Made by a program: the position numbers and the translations under genes. The notes under the pieces were generated by a model. That model searched no databases and had not been told where the DNA came from. It saw nothing but the letters and a program-made list of their open reading frames with translations. A stretch of 19,455 nt of DNA, from the NCBI GenBank assembly GCA_011364975.1, contig RDOE01000058.1, forward strand, positions 1 through 19,455, read 5' to 3'. This DNA is from Promethearchaeota archaeon. GTDB lineage: Archaea; Asgardarchaeota; Lokiarchaeia; Sigyniarchaeales; SOKP01. How positions within the stretch are numbered: the stretch's first letter is position 1; the number at the start of each line of letters is the position of its first letter. Of the stretch, positions 16,026-19,455 are shown piece by piece.

Positions 16026-16847
16026 ATGAGTAAGGATATTAAAATTGTATCAGTTATTGGAGTGGGTTATCTTGGAAAACAAATTGCAGAACAAACTGCA
16101 TTAAAGTCCTACACCGTTCGTCTTTATGATACGAATAAGGAAGATTTAGAAAAGTTTTCAAGAAAATTAGAGCGAAGAAAAAGAGTTAAAAATATATCTG
16201 GAGAAATAACATCTCATAGTAATATACAAGATGCTGTAAAAGATACAGATTTAATTATTGAAGCAGTTCCAGAGAAATTGGAATTGAAAAGAGAGATATT
16301 TAAACTGATTGACAAAATAGCGCCTCCTCATGCTATTATTGCTACAAATAGTTCATCTATTCCCGTATCAAATCTAGAGGATGCCGTTGAAAGAAAAGAT
16401 AAAGTGCTAAATATTCACTTTTATAATGTCATTACCATGCCTATGGCAGATATACAGAGAGGTACAAAAACTAGTGATGATACTTTTGAAAAAGGGAAAA
16501 ATTGGGTTGAAAGTATCGAAATTACACCATTAATAGTAAAGAAGGAGTGCTACGGGTTTGTTTTTAATAGAGTATGGCGCGCTATTAAAAAGGAGTGCCT
16601 AAAAATCTGGGCGGGAGGATATGCAGACTTGGAGGAGGTAGATAAAGCTTGGCGTATCTTTACAGGTATGTCCATAGGACCATTCCAATTTATGGATCAG
16701 ATAGGGTTAGATGTTGTCTATGATATTGAAATGTCTTATTACAAAAATAGTCAAAATCCAGATGATATTCCTCCTGAAGCTCTTAAAAAACTAGTTGATG
16801 TAGGGCAATTAGGACGTAAATCTGGGAAAGGCTTTTACAATTATTAA
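16026..16847 (+). CDS. 3-hydroxyacyl-CoA (3-hydroxybutyryl-CoA) dehydrogenase family protein
   Basis: VIGVGYLGKQIA, DLIIEAVPEKLELK, IATNSSS, IHFYN, GFVFNR, GPFQFMDQIGLD, GQLGRKSGKGFYNY. ATG 16026 preferred over TTG 16017. Confidence 0.9.
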   Translation: MSKDIKIVSVIGVGYLGKQIAEQTALKSYTVRLYDTNKEDLEKFSRKLERRKRVKNISGEITSHSNIQDAVKDTDLIIEAVPEKLELKREIFKLIDKIAPPHAIIATNSSSIPVSNLEDAVERKDKVLNIHFYNVITMPMADIQRGTKTSDDTFEKGKNWVESIEITPLIVKKECYGFVFNRVWRAIKKECLKIWAGGYADLEEVDKAWRIFTGMSIGPFQFMDQIGLDVVYDIEMSYYKNSQNPDDIPPEALKKLVDVGQLGRKSGKGFYNY

Positions 16848-17004
16848 ACCTTTTTTATAATGCAATAAGAAATTCCTAAAATCTTTTTTGTTCATATAAT
16901 TGAATTAAAGGAATTCTAATTCAAAATGATGGAAGATAAAATATCTATAAAAAGGGTAGAAAGAACAAATAATAAAAAAATATAATTAAGAGATTATTCA
17001 AAAT

Positions 17005-17976
17005 CTATATTAAAGCTGTCCACGGAGTTTGAATGGTGGTATTCAAGTCGATTTCTATTCCAGCATATCGAGTATTGAAATATATTTTTAAATCAAGCAC
17101 GGCATCTGTTGTAGCTAATCCTAATGCATATTGACCAGCAACACTTATATTAATTAGCTGATCGGGGTTCGTTGTAAAAGAATGGAATGTCCCAAAATAA
17201 TTATTTAATGATTGCCCAATTTGGGTATTCGAGGGTAAAACTGTTTCATTTGCGGATGAAACTGTATAAATTGTAACATCTAAATAAACATCATAAATTG
17301 CATAAATACCCTGATTATCAAGATCAAAAGTTAGAGGTAAATATAATGCATCATCAAGTGGACTAGGAGTTCCTCCATTATCATATGTTATATCTGATGG
17401 ATTTATTGGGTTTATACCGAATCCCAGATTCATTCCACTGTAAATCAAACTAATAAAATATCCAAGAATAACTAAACTCAATATAGTTCCGAAAAATTTA
17501 AATAGCTTACTAAGCTTGAATTGCTTTTTTACTCTTACATTATATTCCTTTTTTTTACGTAGTTCGATAGCTTCAACAAGATATTGTAAAGCTCGAATTC
17601 CTGAAGAACCAAGGAATAGCCAAGCAATTAATTGCAATCCAAAAAGAATCTGAAATGTCGCAAATTCAATATAATAAGTTCCCAATGATACTCCCGGATT
17701 AAAGCCCCCGAAAATATAAAATAAGTATACACCTGAAAAAACTGTTGAAAAAAAAGCTATAATGCGATTAGCGGAAGTATCTTTTGGATAAGCATGACTT
17801 AGCATGGCAAAGAATACACCAACTGCACCCATAATTATAATAGAAATTTTGAATTCTTGAGTAAATGTCATTATGCCCATCATACCCAGCACTTCAAAGA
17901 GAATAAGTGGTACTGCTATATAGATAATTCCATAGAGAATCCCAAATAGAATCATTTTTCCTACTTGTATTGGCAT
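17005..17976 (-). CDS. Hypothetical membrane protein: about 5 TM helices plus a C-terminal extracellular beta-rich (LEA/Ig-like) domain
   Basis: Four hydrophobic segments, then a Lys/Arg-rich linker, a fifth TM helix and an acidic beta-patterned tail with N-x-S/T sequons. GAAGTGAT RBS. Confidence 0.75.
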   Translation of the reverse strand: MPIQVGKMILFGILYGIIYIAVPLILFEVLGMMGIMTFTQEFKISIIIMGAVGVFFAMLSHAYPKDTSANRIIAFFSTVFSGVYLFYIFGGFNPGVSLGTYYIEFATFQILFGLQLIAWLFLGSSGIRALQYLVEAIELRKKKEYNVRVKKQFKLSKLFKFFGTILSLVILGYFISLIYSGMNLGFGINPINPSDITYDNGGTPSPLDDALYLPLTFDLDNQGIYAIYDVYLDVTIYTVSSANETVLPSNTQIGQSLNNYFGTFHSFTTNPDQLINISVAGQYALGLATTDAVLDLKIYFNTRYAGIEIDLNTTIQTPWTALI

Positions 17977-18180
17977 AAAATCACTTCATTTTTATTTTTA
18001 AAATTAACAAATTAAAGTTTGTTTTCCTATAAAATCTTATTTGTTATACTGATATAATATCGCTTCTAAAAATCATTAATTGGTACTCAATTTGCTAAAA
18101 GAATAGAACTTTATTTATATTGACATTCACTATGAGATTCAAATTAATAAAAAATATTTCAAAATAAGGTTATAAGATCT

Positions 18181-18543
18181 ATGGAAAATCCAGTCTATTA
18201 CTGGGAATTAGCGTCAAATGATGCTGAAAAATCAGTAGATTTTTTTAAAAAAGTGTTCGGTTGGGAATTTGAATATGATGACATAATTGGACTTTATGAA
18301 ATTCCTGCTAAAGGAAGTCCAAATGGATTCGTAGGGGGCGGAATCTTTACTTTAAAACGCGCAAAATTACCTTTTCTAACAATTTATATCAAAGTAAATG
18401 ATTTAGAGAACAAGATGCGATTAATTGAAGAAAATGGTGGTCTAATCGTTGATAAGCCCTTGGAATTACCAACCGGGTCAAAAGTATGTCTTTTTAATGA
18501 TCCTTCTGGTGTTACTTTCGCAATGATTCAAAAAAAATCCTAA
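18181..18543 (+). CDS. VOC family glyoxalase/bleomycin-resistance-like protein
   Basis: PVYYWELASND.EKS..FF..VFGW, GGGI, TIYIKVNDLE......EENGG.IV, F.DPSG.TFAM. Confidence 0.88.
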   Translation: MENPVYYWELASNDAEKSVDFFKKVFGWEFEYDDIIGLYEIPAKGSPNGFVGGGIFTLKRAKLPFLTIYIKVNDLENKMRLIEENGGLIVDKPLELPTGSKVCLFNDPSGVTFAMIQKKS

Positions 18544-18580
18544 TTTTTTTATTTCTTTTAGTATTTCTTAGAATACTAAA
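18544..18580 (+). terminator. T-rich terminator followed by a 9-bp hairpin
   Basis: T7 after the stop codon. TTTAGTATT (18557-18565) is complementary to AATACTAAA (18572-18580). Confidence 0.4.
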
Positions 18581-18651
18581 TTGTCCGATTCAGAATATTT
18601 ATATTATTTATTCAACACTTAATATTGAAATATTTAATTTAGTATAGAAAA

Positions 18652-19221
18652 ATGAGGGCAAATATAGAATATTTTGATATATCAATGGCAATTGTAAATT
18701 CAATCGTACTTATCTTCTCTTCAGTAATATTACAGGCTAATATCGCATTGATGATTATAAATCTAATATCAATCGGAGTACTCTGTGGTTTATCATTCAT
18801 TACTTTTCTAAGTCATAATCCTTATTACATAATATCTTGTTATGTTTTAGCAATCTTTGGATTCATTTTTGCAATAGGATTACTTTTTATACCTGAATTA
18901 CCTTTTTATTCCGTAGTTTCAATTTTTTTGGTTATAATTCTTATTCTTAATATGGGTCTTGGAGCCAGTTTGGTTAAGGGTTCAGCAAGCTCTCAAGCCA
19001 AATTCGCTAAAATTGCAGGAGTAGCAAAAATCATTGAGCCAGGAACGATTACTCCCACAGCTATAAAAGATAGAAAACCAGGAACTCTTAATAATTATTC
19101 TAAAGAAAATAAAAATGCAAGAAAACTAATGCATGAAAAATTTAAAGTTGGGTTAATAGTCCTAATTACTGTAATTAGCTGTATTTCCTTCCTGTCAACT
19201 GTAATAGTATCTTTCATCTAA
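18652..19221 (+). CDS. Hypothetical membrane protein (about 4 N-terminal TM helices, a basic loop, one C-terminal TM helix)
   Basis: 189-aa ORF with this hydrophobicity pattern; no family recognised. Confidence 0.7.
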   Translation: MRANIEYFDISMAIVNSIVLIFSSVILQANIALMIINLISIGVLCGLSFITFLSHNPYYIISCYVLAIFGFIFAIGLLFIPELPFYSVVSIFLVIILILNMGLGASLVKGSASSQAKFAKIAGVAKIIEPGTITPTAIKDRKPGTLNNYSKENKNARKLMHEKFKVGLIVLITVISCISFLSTVIVSFI

Positions 19222-19235
19222 AAATATTTTAATAC

Positions 19236-19273
19236 TTTTTTTTTTTAATCTTCGTGAAAGCTGAGTTTCACGA
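19236..19273 (+). terminator. Oligo-T (T11) terminator followed by an 8-bp inverted repeat
   Basis: T11 at 19236-19246, then TCGTGAAA-gctgag-TTTCACGA at 19252-19273. Confidence 0.5.
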
Positions 19274-19377
19274 TCTAATATCTATATATTGGTAATACAT
19301 TTGTATTATAGTTATAGTATAAGAATTTGATAACAATATAAAAATGTAAATAAGGATTTTATATCTTAATTTTCCTT

Positions 19378-19455
19378 CTATATTAATTCCACATTTTCTA
19401 CTTTATCTGATGTAATAATTATCCATTTCCATAGGATAATAATAAGAGTAAAAAT
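19378..19455 (-). CDS. Probable 3' end of a membrane protein running in from outside the window
   Basis: The minus frame is open from the window edge and reads IFTLIIILWKWIIITSDKVENVELI*, like a last TM helix plus a short polar tail. Confidence 0.35.
   Translation of the reverse strand: MFTLIIILWKWIIITSDKVENVELI

Noticed and set aside
1-19455. CRISPR array, tRNA/rRNA, transposase, integrase or defence genes
   Set aside because: I saw no regularly spaced direct repeats, no GC-rich cloverleaf-like stretch and no nuclease or recombinase motifs by eye.

Overview
This is AT-rich archaeal DNA with no tRNA, rRNA, CRISPR or IS element recognised. It is most likely from an Asgard archaeon (Lokiarchaeia/Promethearchaeota). 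That attribution is an inference from GGTGA/GAAGTGAT ribosome-binding motifs, frequent TTG/GTG starts, oligo-T terminators, a tungsten AOR and a longin/uDENN-like plus winged-helix protein. The window holds about 19 genes, mostly catabolic: kal, three tandem SDRs (one clearly KDSR/3-ketodihydrosphingosine-reductase-like), two VOC proteins, a ThDP enzyme of the 2-hydroxyacyl-CoA lyase/ILVBL type, a SAM methyltransferase, an AcoX/NAD-kinase-like protein, an Fe-ADH plus AOR pair and two divergent 3-hydroxyacyl-CoA dehydrogenase homologs. Uncharacterised genes encode a double desulforedoxin-like miniprotein, a long coiled-coil protein and two membrane proteins. The best leads are (i) a KDSR-like plus HACL-like plus aldehyde-processing gene neighbourhood resembling eukaryotic sphingoid-base/alpha-oxidation chemistry, and (ii) an N-terminally extended DENN/NPRL-like eukaryotic-signature candidate. 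All family calls come from recognising motifs by eye; no database search was run.
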